Below, one piece after another: positions 16,708 through 26,131 of a DNA stretch of 64,000 nt. The notes beneath the pieces are model-generated. The model was given only the letters and a program-made list of their open reading frames with translations, did no database searches and had not been told where the DNA came from. How positions within the stretch are numbered: position 1 is the first letter of the stretch; every line of letters begins with the position of its first letter. Source of the DNA: a bacterium (GTDB lineage: Bacteria; Patescibacteriota; UBA1384; CAILIB01); assembly GCA_037131105.1 (NCBI GenBank), contig JBAXRQ010000001.1, forward strand, positions 66,039-130,038, written 5' to 3'. The translations under genes were made by a program, and so were the position numbers.

Positions 16708-17427
16708 TTAGGCTACGAGCCCGGCCAGCCAGTAGGCCAGGCCACCGGCGGCACCGCCCACTAGAACAGTTTGGAGGGAGCTGCGCAAGGCAGGACTGCC
16801 AGTTGCCTTGCCCTTGAGATAGCCAAACAGAATAAGGGCCAGTAGGGTGAATCCTATTGAGAAGAGCAGTCCTTCATGGGCGTTGCTGGTAAAGAGATAG
16901 GGTGCCAGGGGGATGGATCCACCGACAATGTAGGCGGCGGCTATAGTGGCGGCACTGACAAGGGCACGCTGGGGATGTGGCTCCTCAAGACCTAGCTCGA
17001 ATCTCATCATGAAATCTACCCAGGCTTCTGGCTTGCGCCGTAGTCCGTCTACTACGATCTTCGCCTCGTCATGGTTCAGTCCGTAGGTGGTTAGTACGTG
17101 GGCGACCTCCTGGGCTTCGGTCTCAGGTACGCGCTCCACCTCATCCACTTCTCGCTTGCGTTCATTCACGTAATGCTCGGCCTCGCTACGGGCTGCCAGG
17201 TAGCCTCCCAGTCCCATGGAAATGGATCCGGCGGCGATCTCGGCCAGTCCTGCCGCGACGATGATATGCGAGGCGGCCACGGCTCCGGCGAGTCCGGCAG
17301 CCAGGGCGAAGGGTACGGTAAGCCCATCGGCCATTCCCAGGATGACATCGCGGATGGAGTCGGAAGAATGAAGGTGAGGCTCGGGATGATGGTGGTCGGT
17401 TGGCATACGTTGAAATGAGTTAGACAA
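16708..17427 (-). CDS. VIT1/CCC1-family iron/manganese transporter
   Basis: RDVILGMADGLTVPFALAAGLAGA motif, two TM bundles. Confidence 0.75.
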   Translation of the reverse strand: MSNSFQRMPTDHHHPEPHLHSSDSIRDVILGMADGLTVPFALAAGLAGAVAASHIIVAAGLAEIAAGSISMGLGGYLAARSEAEHYVNERKREVDEVERVPETEAQEVAHVLTTYGLNHDEAKIVVDGLRRKPEAWVDFMMRFELGLEEPHPQRALVSAATIAAAYIVGGSIPLAPYLFTSNAHEGLLFSIGFTLLALILFGYLKGKATGSPALRSSLQTVLVGGAAGGLAYWLAGLVA

Positions 17428-17460
17428 TAAAAAGTAACTGGCTGTACCTGTAGGCGGGGC

Positions 17461-18291
17461 TTAGTAGCCGAAGCGCGCTATCAGTATGAGCAGCACCAAG
17501 GCCAGGGCGAACCTATAATAGGCGAAGCTGGTCAGCGAGTAGCGGGTATAGAACCTCAGCAGGAACTTCAGGGTGAAGTATCCGGTGATGAATGAGACGA
17601 CCGCGCCTACGAGATAGAAGGCAAGTACGTCGGCGGCAATTCCCTGGCTATGAATGAGGCTAACGAAGTCCAGCAGCTTCTTGCCGGTGGCGGCGATGGT
17701 GATCGGTACTGAGAGGAGGAAGCTGTAGCGGGCGGCAGTTACCCGGTCCATACCGAGGAAGAGACCGGTGGTAATGGTTATGCCGGAACGGGAGACGCCG
17801 GGAACGAATGCCAGACACTGGGAGAGAGCGGTCGCAACTATCTGAAGAGGAGTAGGTTCAACGTTGTGGTCGCGCCGCCAGGTGATCACTTCGGCCACGA
17901 TCATCAGGATACCTACGATGACAAGGCTGGCGGCGATATATGAGAGTGAGCGAAACTGGGTCTCGATCCGCTTCTGCAGCAGCATGCCGAGCAGGCCAAC
18001 CGGGACAGTGGCTCCCAGTATTAGCCAGGGCATCTGTTCCTTGGCGGCAAGCGGCTTGGCACCGGAGGGGAGGCGGAGCCTTCCGAAGATGTCCCTAAGG
18101 TCACTCCAGAAAAAGATAAGGACGGCGGCGATAGTCCCAAGATTGATAAACATGTCGAAGGACAGGCCGTAGGTGGCCTGATTCAGTCCGAACAGCTTCT
18201 CGGTAATGATAAGGTGTGCGGTGGAGGAGACCGGCAGGAATTCGGTAATGCCTTGGACGGCACCAAGGATGATAGCTTGGATAATGTGCAT
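17461..18291 (-). CDS. uppP: undecaprenyl-diphosphate phosphatase
   Basis: GITEFLPVSSTAHL signature. Confidence 0.9.
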   Translation of the reverse strand: MHIIQAIILGAVQGITEFLPVSSTAHLIITEKLFGLNQATYGLSFDMFINLGTIAAVLIFFWSDLRDIFGRLRLPSGAKPLAAKEQMPWLILGATVPVGLLGMLLQKRIETQFRSLSYIAASLVIVGILMIVAEVITWRRDHNVEPTPLQIVATALSQCLAFVPGVSRSGITITTGLFLGMDRVTAARYSFLLSVPITIAATGKKLLDFVSLIHSQGIAADVLAFYLVGAVVSFITGYFTLKFLLRFYTRYSLTSFAYYRFALALVLLILIARFGY

Positions 18292-18383
18292 AGCCTTACT
18301 ATAGCTGCCTTAGCTGAGGGTTTCCAGCCTAAAAGCCAAAACCCCGGCCACAGGACGTGGGCGGGGAGTTGGGAAAGGCCGTG

Positions 18384-18767
18384 TCAGTCGATGCGGCGGC
18401 TCTTCATCCAGGTGCTGAAGATCTCTTCTCGAAGGAGGTTAAGGACTCCAGGAGTCACAAGGAAGAGGACGTAGACGGCAGGTATGGCTACATAGCCAGG
18501 AAATCCAACAGAGCAGGATATCCAGCCGGCGGCTATGCCAAGGCAGATAGTGCGGACAAGCTCCAGATAGCGGGCTGGCGCCTCAAGCCAGCGGACTACA
18601 ACGTCGGATGTGAAAGGGGCGGCTGCCACTCCCAATAGGATATACACGTGCTCGGTAGTGCGTAGGAATTCAACTTCAACCCCAACGAGTGTGATGAGCA
18701 ATAGTATCTTCATGCCAGCAATAACTCGTCTTGCTATGCGCTCAAATATTGCAGGGTTCACGGTCAC
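18384..18767 (-). CDS. hypothetical small membrane protein (127 aa, 3-4 TM)
   Basis: hydrophobic profile; same strand and tightly spaced with 18787 and 19200. Confidence 0.45.
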   Translation of the reverse strand: MTVNPAIFERIARRVIAGMKILLLITLVGVEVEFLRTTEHVYILLGVAAAPFTSDVVVRWLEAPARYLELVRTICLGIAAGWISCSVGFPGYVAIPAVYVLFLVTPGVLNLLREEIFSTWMKSRRID

Positions 18768-18786
18768 TCCTTTTCAAATGCTAGGA

Positions 18787-19167
18787 CTATACTGTCCAGT
18801 CGGCTCCACCGACTTCCCATCCTACCTTCCCGACATAGTAGTTGCTGATTGCTACCACTGCTCCCCAGGCAAGGGAGGCGATGGCAAGAAGGACCGGTGT
18901 GAGGTTGGCGTATGCCCAGATTACGCAGACGCTGATAGCTACAAAGGCCAGTATCGGTGAAGCGCATTCGAGGGACATGCCGAAAGCTCTTCTGGTGTCC
19001 CATCTCTCACTGTAAAAGCCCTTGCTTACGCTGGTACTCGTGAGTCGTATACCCCAATACTGGGCAGCTAATGAAAGAACCCACATGACTACACAAATGA
19101 TGATCATCAGTCTATCCTTTTGTGCCACAGGAATGTTAAGCGGCAAATAATGTCCGTGGCGGGACAC
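18787..19167 (-). CDS. hypothetical small membrane protein (about 110-126 aa)
   Basis: hydrophobic profile; 30-bp gap from the upstream large gene. Confidence 0.45.
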   Translation of the reverse strand: MSRHGHYLPLNIPVAQKDRLMIIICVVMWVLSLAAQYWGIRLTSTSVSKGFYSERWDTRRAFGMSLECASPILAFVAISVCVIWAYANLTPVLLAIASLAWGAVVAISNYYVGKVGWEVGGADWTV

Positions 19168-19199
19168 TCTTCAGGAGGAGTGTATCTGTTCTGCTACTC

Positions 19200-21059
19200 T
19201 TATTCAAGGCCGGGAGTCAGCTGTTTCATACGTTCCTGAAAGCGTTTGTTTTGCTGTGCTTGCTGATATAGGTTTGGAAATCTTTTGAGATGGTCAAGGG
19301 CGAGTATCTGCAGTTCGTCGTCGTCAAACGTTACGCAGCTAAGGGATATCTCGCCAAGGTCATCCTTTCGATACAGGCTGTCAAATACTGCTCTCATGTC
19401 GATGCCTAGTTCAGGGTACTCTTTCTGGAGACTGAAGAGAGTCCCGGTCTTGCTGGAGGTAAATATTCTCTTAGTTGTGTTGGGGATCTCAGCGGCTAAA
19501 TAGGGGATAAGTGTTGGAGGTAGGTTCTGGGTGGTGCCGGTGGTTAGGATGAAGTCAAGAACATTACGGGCAAAGACGGCTTGTTGGGCCTCAACTGTGG
19601 AGTGGCCGCCGGCATCCTTCCGGGAAGCGCTTTCTATTCTTTGTGCGTAGTAGGCCATGATGGCATGGATCGCCTCGGGGTCTGGGTTGCGTCTTAGCTG
19701 GTCTTCGTAGGCTTGAACTATGGGTTCCATGCGAGTCGGGGTATAGTCCAGATCGTACATTTCGCCGGTTTTGAGGTTCTCTTTTGCCCAGGTTGCATCA
19801 ACGACCGTGACTTCGCCGGAGCCGTCCTTTGTGACGGTGAGAAAGCTGTTCCAGGCATGGGATGTGTCGAGGTTTTCCTTTCCGGGCGCATAGTCGTGGC
19901 CGCTGCTGTATATACAGTGGGTGTTGCGAAGCTGGTTGAGCTCTTTCTGGCTTGCCTTTAGTGCGTTGAAGACATCCAGTACGGCTGCGGCAAAGTTTCG
20001 ACAGACCCCGTTTCCTTTCCAATCAGGATCGCTACGATTGATTAGTCCTTCCTCCAATAGCTCGATGGTGGAGCTGGTGTCGGCGGACGTAGGGGCATAC
20101 CGTTCTGTTATCTCCCCTTTCTCATCTCTCTTCACCCGCTCTGATTTATAGTCGGCGTAGTATTTTCTGAGCTTGACTATCAGAGAGGTCGATAGCTCGG
20201 CCGCTTGCCGGGGGCTCAACTCGCGCAGGTTGGTGATCCCGATCTGGCGGGCAAGTTCGGGCTCTTCCTGGAGCAAATAGCCTTGCACAAAGCGGTAGAG
20301 CTCTCGTTCCCACCCCTCTCGTTTCATGGTCTCACTGTGGGTGGCCACTCTCGTAAGCTCACGCTCGTACTCGCCTCTTACACCCCCGATCTGGGAGTGA
20401 GCGTAAGCGTTATCAGAGGTGTAAAACTTATCCCCGAGCTCCTTGCTGATGGGGTATTCCTGGTCAGTAGGCGAAGGCTGAGGGTCGTAGCCGTTGAAAT
20501 CCACGAACGAGACGGTAGTGTTTGGGTCGGGCTTGAAGCGGAGCAGGGGGCTGTGACTGAGCTGTTCCTCGTAGTGGGCCCGTTGGTCGATGTAGCAGTG
20601 TCTGGCTTCTTCCCAGGTCGCACAACGTGAGCTCCCGATGACCAGTTCACCACTTTCCAGGTCAACTAGCTGGGGGTAGACTACGGCATACGTTCCATCC
20701 GGCTTTTTCTCAATGCTGCAGTTCACCGTATAGGTCGCGGCCAGCTCTTTCTGGTCGTAATATTCGCGCATGAGGGTTCGTTTCTGCATCCAGTCACCTG
20801 CTCCTTTCTGGATGTCGGCTTGTGCCTGCATGTCGATCTGAGAGTCAGCTGCGGCACGCTCGGCACTTTCGCGGTCAAAAAACCCTTCGGTGGCGGTACC
20901 GATTATTCTTCCGTTGAAATCGGTGAGCCCTGGGAGAATTGCCTCGAAGGCGCCGCTTGCAGTCTCTCGCACTTCATACAATGCGGAAAGACCCCGCTGT
21001 TCCGGCCTAGGTGTCTCGGCGTCTTTAACCGGTGGTGCTTCGTGCTCGTAACTCATCAC
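19200..21059 (-). CDS. large cytoplasmic protein with central transglutaminase-like cysteine-protease core
   Basis: GNGVCRNFAAAVLDVF (Cys), about 39 aa later SHAWNSFL (His), about 17 aa later VVDATW (Asp): spacing typical of the transglutaminase-like superfamily; about 340-aa N-terminal and 200-aa C-terminal regions unrecognised; no signal peptide. Confidence 0.6.
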   Translation of the reverse strand: MMSYEHEAPPVKDAETPRPEQRGLSALYEVRETASGAFEAILPGLTDFNGRIIGTATEGFFDRESAERAAADSQIDMQAQADIQKGAGDWMQKRTLMREYYDQKELAATYTVNCSIEKKPDGTYAVVYPQLVDLESGELVIGSSRCATWEEARHCYIDQRAHYEEQLSHSPLLRFKPDPNTTVSFVDFNGYDPQPSPTDQEYPISKELGDKFYTSDNAYAHSQIGGVRGEYERELTRVATHSETMKREGWERELYRFVQGYLLQEEPELARQIGITNLRELSPRQAAELSTSLIVKLRKYYADYKSERVKRDEKGEITERYAPTSADTSSTIELLEEGLINRSDPDWKGNGVCRNFAAAVLDVFNALKASQKELNQLRNTHCIYSSGHDYAPGKENLDTSHAWNSFLTVTKDGSGEVTVVDATWAKENLKTGEMYDLDYTPTRMEPIVQAYEDQLRRNPDPEAIHAIMAYYAQRIESASRKDAGGHSTVEAQQAVFARNVLDFILTTGTTQNLPPTLIPYLAAEIPNTTKRIFTSSKTGTLFSLQKEYPELGIDMRAVFDSLYRKDDLGEISLSCVTFDDDELQILALDHLKRFPNLYQQAQQNKRFQERMKQLTPGLE

Positions 21060-21125
21060 TTTTTATAGTAGAAAATAGAGCCTCATAGTTGTTCCTGGCG
21101 GTGCCATTGGCTTACACTAGTATAT

Positions 21126-21752
21126 ATGAAATACCAGGTGCCTGCACTCTACAAGCGCATAGATGCCTTTGCCAAGACCCCGGCCAATGCCCTGGTCGCC
21201 TTTCTATGGGGGGTATGCGAGGGGATATTCTTCTTTATAGTACCGGATGTCTACTGCGCCTATATCACGCTTTTCAACCGAAGAGCCGGCTGGACCGCTA
21301 TAGGCTTTTCAATCCTGGGTACCCTTCTGGCCTCGGTGGTCATGTATGCAGTCGTAGTGCTGGCGGGCAACGGGATCATTACCTACCTTCTGCACGTGCC
21401 TGAGATTAGCCGCCCCATGCTGGATACTGTTTCGAATACGCTAGCGGCTGGGGGCCTGGCGGGGCTGGGGAAGCTGCACATCTCCCGGCTGATACTGGGG
21501 GCCATTCCCAGTAAGGTGTATTCGAGCTTGGCGGCGCTTGCCGGAATACCCCTGTGGGCCTTTCTGCTCTGGACCATTCCTATGCGTATTCTGAGGCTTT
21601 CTTGGGCCATGCTGCTTTCCACCTGGCTGAATGGCAGATATAGCGCTAGTATTAAGGCGCATACCAAATCCTGGACCGTGGGGTATGTCATATTCTGGAC
21701 CGTGTTGCACGCATCATACTATGTAGTCGTCGCCCTTAGCTTTCACCAGTAA
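21126..21752 (+). CDS. hypothetical polytopic membrane protein
   Basis: 5-6 TM; first gene of the phospholipid cluster. Confidence 0.5.
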   Translation: MKYQVPALYKRIDAFAKTPANALVAFLWGVCEGIFFFIVPDVYCAYITLFNRRAGWTAIGFSILGTLLASVVMYAVVVLAGNGIITYLLHVPEISRPMLDTVSNTLAAGGLAGLGKLHISRLILGAIPSKVYSSLAALAGIPLWAFLLWTIPMRILRLSWAMLLSTWLNGRYSASIKAHTKSWTVGYVIFWTVLHASYYVVVALSFHQ

Positions 21753-21763
21753 CTGAAATTATC

Positions 21764-22363
21764 ATGGGTATCTACTCGGTAAAGCCAAAGTTTCAGAAGA
21801 TTCTTACCCCGGTGAAAGACCTGCTGGTGAGGGGAAAGGTGCATCCGACCACCATCAATATCATCGGGCTGGCGATCTCGCTCCTGGCGGGCATAGCGCT
21901 TTATTACTCAGGACAGTATGCCCTGCTGCTCTGGTACATCCCGGTGGCCGGCTTTGTGCGTACTGCCTGTAACGCCTTGGATGGCCTGGTTTCAAGAGAG
22001 CTGGGGGAGGCCTCGGCCTTTGGGGAGGTGCTCAATGAGTTCATTGACCGCATATCCGACTCGGCTATCTTTCTCGGCGTCACGTTCTCGGCATTAGCTG
22101 ATATGCGACTGGGGATAGTTACTCTGGTAGTTATCCTGCTGAACAGCTATCTCAGCATCGTCAGCAAGGCAGCTGGCGGTAGTAGGCAGTACGGAGGCAT
22201 CATGGGTAAGGCCGATAGGATGATCTACCTCGGTATCGCTGCGGTGGCTGTAGCTGTGAGCGGTTATACGGAGATCTGGAATTATTTCCTTGTCTTTATT
22301 CTAGCCGGCACTATGATTACCATGTACCAGCGCTTCATGGTCACCCGCAAGGAGCTTGCCTAG
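21764..22363 (+). CDS. CDP-alcohol phosphatidyltransferase family protein
   Basis: DG(x2)AR(x8)G(x3)D(x3)D motif: NALDGLVSRELGEASAFGEVLNEFIDRISD. Confidence 0.75.
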   Translation: MGIYSVKPKFQKILTPVKDLLVRGKVHPTTINIIGLAISLLAGIALYYSGQYALLLWYIPVAGFVRTACNALDGLVSRELGEASAFGEVLNEFIDRISDSAIFLGVTFSALADMRLGIVTLVVILLNSYLSIVSKAAGGSRQYGGIMGKADRMIYLGIAAVAVAVSGYTEIWNYFLVFILAGTMITMYQRFMVTRKELA

Positions 22364-23315
22364 TATGGAGGGCCTCTTTGCGAATCCGCTGGCAAATCCC
22401 ATTTTCATCCCCCTGATGACCAGGATGTTGGTGCTCTTTTCGGCCGGCTTCCTGATCCTGTTGGCACTGAAGAAGGGTAATTATGCTGCCCTGATGGGCT
22501 CGAACCTCGGCCAGCGTTACGTTGGCTGGCTCATTCTTTTTCCGATCTACGTGGTAGGCACCTTTTTCGGTGCTCTTTTTGGTCATATCGTACTCTTTGC
22601 TTTTATGTACCTGGCCTTGGCCGAGATAGTCAGGGTCTCGGGACTTTCGCGGGCGTACCACGTCGCCTTGGTGGTTCTCTCGATCTATAGCCTGTTCATC
22701 GCTGCCTTGCATCCTGAGTATTTCTTCTCCCTCCCCTTGGTGTACTTCATTGTCCTCACCCTGGTCGCTATCCGGTCCAATGACGCTGAAAAGGGTCTGC
22801 AGCAGGCGGCCGTCTCCCTATTCGTGGCCATCTGGATTATCTTCAGCATGAGTCATATCGACCTACTGGCCCACCTGAACAACCATCTTGATCAGACCAG
22901 TAGCTTGGTCTTCCTGGTGATCTTCGCGGTGGCCCTGGCCGATATCGGAGGATATATCTTCGGCAAGACGTTTGAGAAGCTGCATTTCTTTGATGCCTAC
23001 AAAATCGCTCCCAACCTTAGTCCAAATAAGACGTATGCGGGGACGCTGGGCTATATGATTGGCGCCGGCATCGGTATCGCCTTCCTCTACTTCGCGGTGG
23101 GAGGGTACCTGGCCCCTCCGCTCTGGGTTGTTGTAGCTGTTCTGATTGGCTTGTTCGCTCCGGTCGGGGGGATGACTCACTCGCTTTTCAAACGTTTTTA
23201 CGGTGTGAAGGACAGCGGTAGCCTGATTCCCGGACACGGCGGTATCCTGGACCGGGTAGACAGCATGGTCCGCGTAGTGGTCATCCTCTATTATTTCTTC
23301 CGACTATTCCTCTAG
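22356..23315 (+). CDS. cdsA: phosphatidate cytidylyltransferase
   Basis: SPNKTYAG...KRFYGVKDSGSLIPGHGGILDRVDS signature. Confidence 0.85.
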   Translation: MPSMEGLFANPLANPIFIPLMTRMLVLFSAGFLILLALKKGNYAALMGSNLGQRYVGWLILFPIYVVGTFFGALFGHIVLFAFMYLALAEIVRVSGLSRAYHVALVVLSIYSLFIAALHPEYFFSLPLVYFIVLTLVAIRSNDAEKGLQQAAVSLFVAIWIIFSMSHIDLLAHLNNHLDQTSSLVFLVIFAVALADIGGYIFGKTFEKLHFFDAYKIAPNLSPNKTYAGTLGYMIGAGIGIAFLYFAVGGYLAPPLWVVVAVLIGLFAPVGGMTHSLFKRFYGVKDSGSLIPGHGGILDRVDSMVRVVVILYYFFRLFL

Positions 23316-23642
23316 GAGGGTCACGGTGGCGATAGCATAGTCGCAGTCATGGGAGATGCTGCAGTCTAGTGAGAGAATGGTTTTTTGGTGGGCTTCGGGG
23401 GATATCTTAAGGGACGGTTTGCCGTTTTCAGCATAGATGACCTCGATATCCAGCCAGCTGCCAGCTTTGAGCCCGAACGCCTTGAGAGCGGCCTCCTTCA
23501 GGGCGAAGACTCCTGCCGCATGCAGGGGATCGCGGCGGCGCAGCTCCCCGGGATGAAATATGCGGAAACTCGAGGCTTCGCTTTCTATAAGGGGAAGGAC
23601 ACGATCTATCTTCACGATGTCGCAGCCGGTAGAAATAGTCAT
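23304..23642 (-). CDS. acpS: holo-[acyl-carrier-protein] synthase (4'-phosphopantetheinyl transferase)
   Basis: start at internal M (MTISTGCDIVKI), AGVFALKEAALKA, SISHDCDYAIATV; ORF-track start at 23753 adds 37 non-conserved residues. Confidence 0.75.
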   Translation of the reverse strand: MTISTGCDIVKIDRVLPLIESEASSFRIFHPGELRRRDPLHAAGVFALKEAALKAFGLKAGSWLDIEVIYAENGKPSLKISPEAHQKTILSLDCSISHDCDYAIATVTLLEE

Positions 23643-26101
23643 AACTCTTCCACCATCTTCTGGATCGCTTCGGTCGCTTGGATATAGGAAAGGGTTCTGG
23701 AAAGCGTGACCGGGGACCCGATTGTGACCGTAGTAGTTCCTTTTTTTGGCCAATGAGAGCCTTTAGGGAGAAGGTTCTGGTTTCCCTGCATCTTAATAGG
23801 AACGATAGGGCCCCCGAGTTCCAGGGCGGCCAGTCCTATACCATGTTTGAAGGCGCCGAGTCTGCCAGTAGTGCTGCGGGTTCCCTCAGGATAGATCAGT
23901 ACCGAGTAGCCGCGGTCCAGGAAGGCTCCCATGGCGGCAATGCTGCTGCCGGCATTTCCGTCCCGGTCGACGGGGAAGGCATTGAAGAGTAGTCGGGCCC
24001 AGAACGAGCGGATCCTGGTTTTGAAGAAGTAATCCTTGGCAGCGGCGGTAGCTAGATGGTCACTGATGCCAAAAGGCAGGGACCGCAGAACGGTAGGGGT
24101 GTCGAAATGACTGGTATGGTTGGCGACGAAGATAGACGGTTGCTGAGGCATTTCGCCCACCAGTCTGACCTGAAGCCGCTGGTAATACCAGACAAAGACC
24201 ACAATGGGAACGCGAAGGATGACGCGGATAAAGCCTATTCCCCATGAGAGTGGCCAAAGGACTATGGGCTGTCCGCTTAGTTCAGCGGCCTTTCCGACCT
24301 TGACCAAGTTTGCCAGTTGACCGACGCTGGTGGTCTGGTCGAGCTCATCCTCGCTCAATACGGTCCCTAGATCTTCTTCAATCTGGGAAAGAAGCTCTAG
24401 CCGTTTGATTGAATCAAGACCAAGGTCAGCCACTAACAATTGGGAATCCGCCAAGGTGTCAGGCGCTACCGAGCAGACGCGGGAAAGAATAAGAAAAAGG
24501 GCTGAGACATCCTTGCCAGTGTCACTGTGGGCTAGCGTCTTGTCGTCATGCGACTGCTCTAGCCGCTTCCTTATCTCCTCCCTACGGACTTTGCGGGTGG
24601 TGGTGCGGGGAAAGTCCTCATCAGGCCAAGGGATTATCTCGCGTAGGGTCTGGTGCGAAGCCAGGCGTCCGTTTAGGGTGACTGCCATCTCTTTCAGGTC
24701 GGGCTGTCCGACGGAAATGACCGTGGCTACCAGTTGAATCTCGCCGTGGCGCTCTATACCGGTTACCACGCTGTCACGCACCGTAGAGAGTCCGTTTAAG
24801 AGCTTTTCGATGTCTTCCGGGTGCACCTTCATTCCCGAACTAGTAATGATCATGGTCTTGATGCGGCCTTTCAGTCGCAGGTAGCCATCAGAGCCAAGCT
24901 CGCCAATATCGCCGGTTTTGAACCAGCCTTCCGGGGTAAGGGTCGCTGCGGTAGCCTCGGGGTTCTGCCAATAGCCCTTAAAGATGTGCGACCCCTTGAG
25001 CTGGATCTCGCCGCCTTCGGCAAGGGTCAGCTCTTGTTCGGGAAGTGGTCTGCCGACGGTCCCGGCCTGATAGAAGAGCAGGCTACTTGAGGTGACGGCG
25101 GGACTGCTTTCGGTCATCCCGTAGCCTTGCAGAACGTGGATGCCTAGCCTTTCCCAAAAGTCTTCGACTTCGGTGGGAAGGGGGGCGCCGGCTACAGTAA
25201 AGAAGATAAGTCTGCCGCCGAGGCTTCGGTGGATGCCATGGAAGAGTCGTCGTCGAAAGGACCGGGGAAGGCGGCCGGCCAGGTGTAATGCTCGCTCGAG
25301 CTGCTTGCTGCGGCCTTGTTCGCTAGCCTCCTGGACGATGCGATGCTGCATAAGCTCAAGAAATGCCGGCACGGTCACCATGGTGGTAGGCCGTTCCAGT
25401 CTGAGGCTGCGGCGAATCTCCACTGGCCTAACCGATATCGGATAGATCACTGGGCTGCCGCAGGCAAAGGGTACGAACAGGCCGAGAGTCTGCTCGAACA
25501 TATGGCTGAGAGGTAGGGTGGAAAGGAGCCTGTAGTCGTTGCCAATCTCCCAGGCCTGTCTGAGTGAGGTTATGTCGGAAAGGATATTGCCATGGCTGAG
25601 CATCACTCCTTTGGGCGTCCCAGTGCTGCCTGAAGTGTAAACAATCTCGAGTAGATCATCGGGCTCGGTGGCTATGGTAGTGGTGTGACGGGGAAGCCCA
25701 CTTATGAGGGAGGGGAGCTCTTCAAGGGGAACGACCATGGCGTTTGTGGGGAAGAAGGACTGTTTGAAGAGTGAGGTGAAACAGAGCTTGGGAGAGGTCT
25801 GCTTTAGAACGCTGTCGATAAAATCGGGCGTGGAGTTTAGATCCAAGGGCACCGCGATGACACCTAGCTTGGCGCAGGCGAGGAAGGCGGCCACCCAGAG
25901 GGGGCTGTTAGTGCCACAGATCACTACTCGGTCTCCCTTGCGGAGGTGGCCGTATTCAAGCAGTGTTGCTATGCGGGCCGATACCTGCAAAATCTGCTCA
26001 TAGCTCCATTCAATGCGGCGATAGCGTCGTCGTTCGATGAAGGCTGTCTGAGATCCGCGTCCAGCCGCCGTATTCTCTAGGTAGTGAAAAAGATTCTCCA
26101 T
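23639..26101 (-). CDS. three-domain fusion: acyl-AMP/acyl-CoA ligase + phosphopantetheine carrier domain + PlsC-type acyltransferase
   Basis: YTSGSTGTPKGV AMP-binding box; LGLDSIKRLEL carrier motif with Ser; NHTSHFD (HX4D) and YPEGTRS acyltransferase motifs. Confidence 0.8.
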   Translation of the reverse strand: MENLFHYLENTAAGRGSQTAFIERRRYRRIEWSYEQILQVSARIATLLEYGHLRKGDRVVICGTNSPLWVAAFLACAKLGVIAVPLDLNSTPDFIDSVLKQTSPKLCFTSLFKQSFFPTNAMVVPLEELPSLISGLPRHTTTIATEPDDLLEIVYTSGSTGTPKGVMLSHGNILSDITSLRQAWEIGNDYRLLSTLPLSHMFEQTLGLFVPFACGSPVIYPISVRPVEIRRSLRLERPTTMVTVPAFLELMQHRIVQEASEQGRSKQLERALHLAGRLPRSFRRRLFHGIHRSLGGRLIFFTVAGAPLPTEVEDFWERLGIHVLQGYGMTESSPAVTSSSLLFYQAGTVGRPLPEQELTLAEGGEIQLKGSHIFKGYWQNPEATAATLTPEGWFKTGDIGELGSDGYLRLKGRIKTMIITSSGMKVHPEDIEKLLNGLSTVRDSVVTGIERHGEIQLVATVISVGQPDLKEMAVTLNGRLASHQTLREIIPWPDEDFPRTTTRKVRREEIRKRLEQSHDDKTLAHSDTGKDVSALFLILSRVCSVAPDTLADSQLLVADLGLDSIKRLELLSQIEEDLGTVLSEDELDQTTSVGQLANLVKVGKAAELSGQPIVLWPLSWGIGFIRVILRVPIVVFVWYYQRLQVRLVGEMPQQPSIFVANHTSHFDTPTVLRSLPFGISDHLATAAAKDYFFKTRIRSFWARLLFNAFPVDRDGNAGSSIAAMGAFLDRGYSVLIYPEGTRSTTGRLGAFKHGIGLAALELGGPIVPIKMQGNQNLLPKGSHWPKKGTTTVTIGSPVTLSRTLSYIQATEAIQKMVEEL

Positions 26102-26131
26102 AAGCTTAGTGTGCTTTGTGTCCTAATCTCA

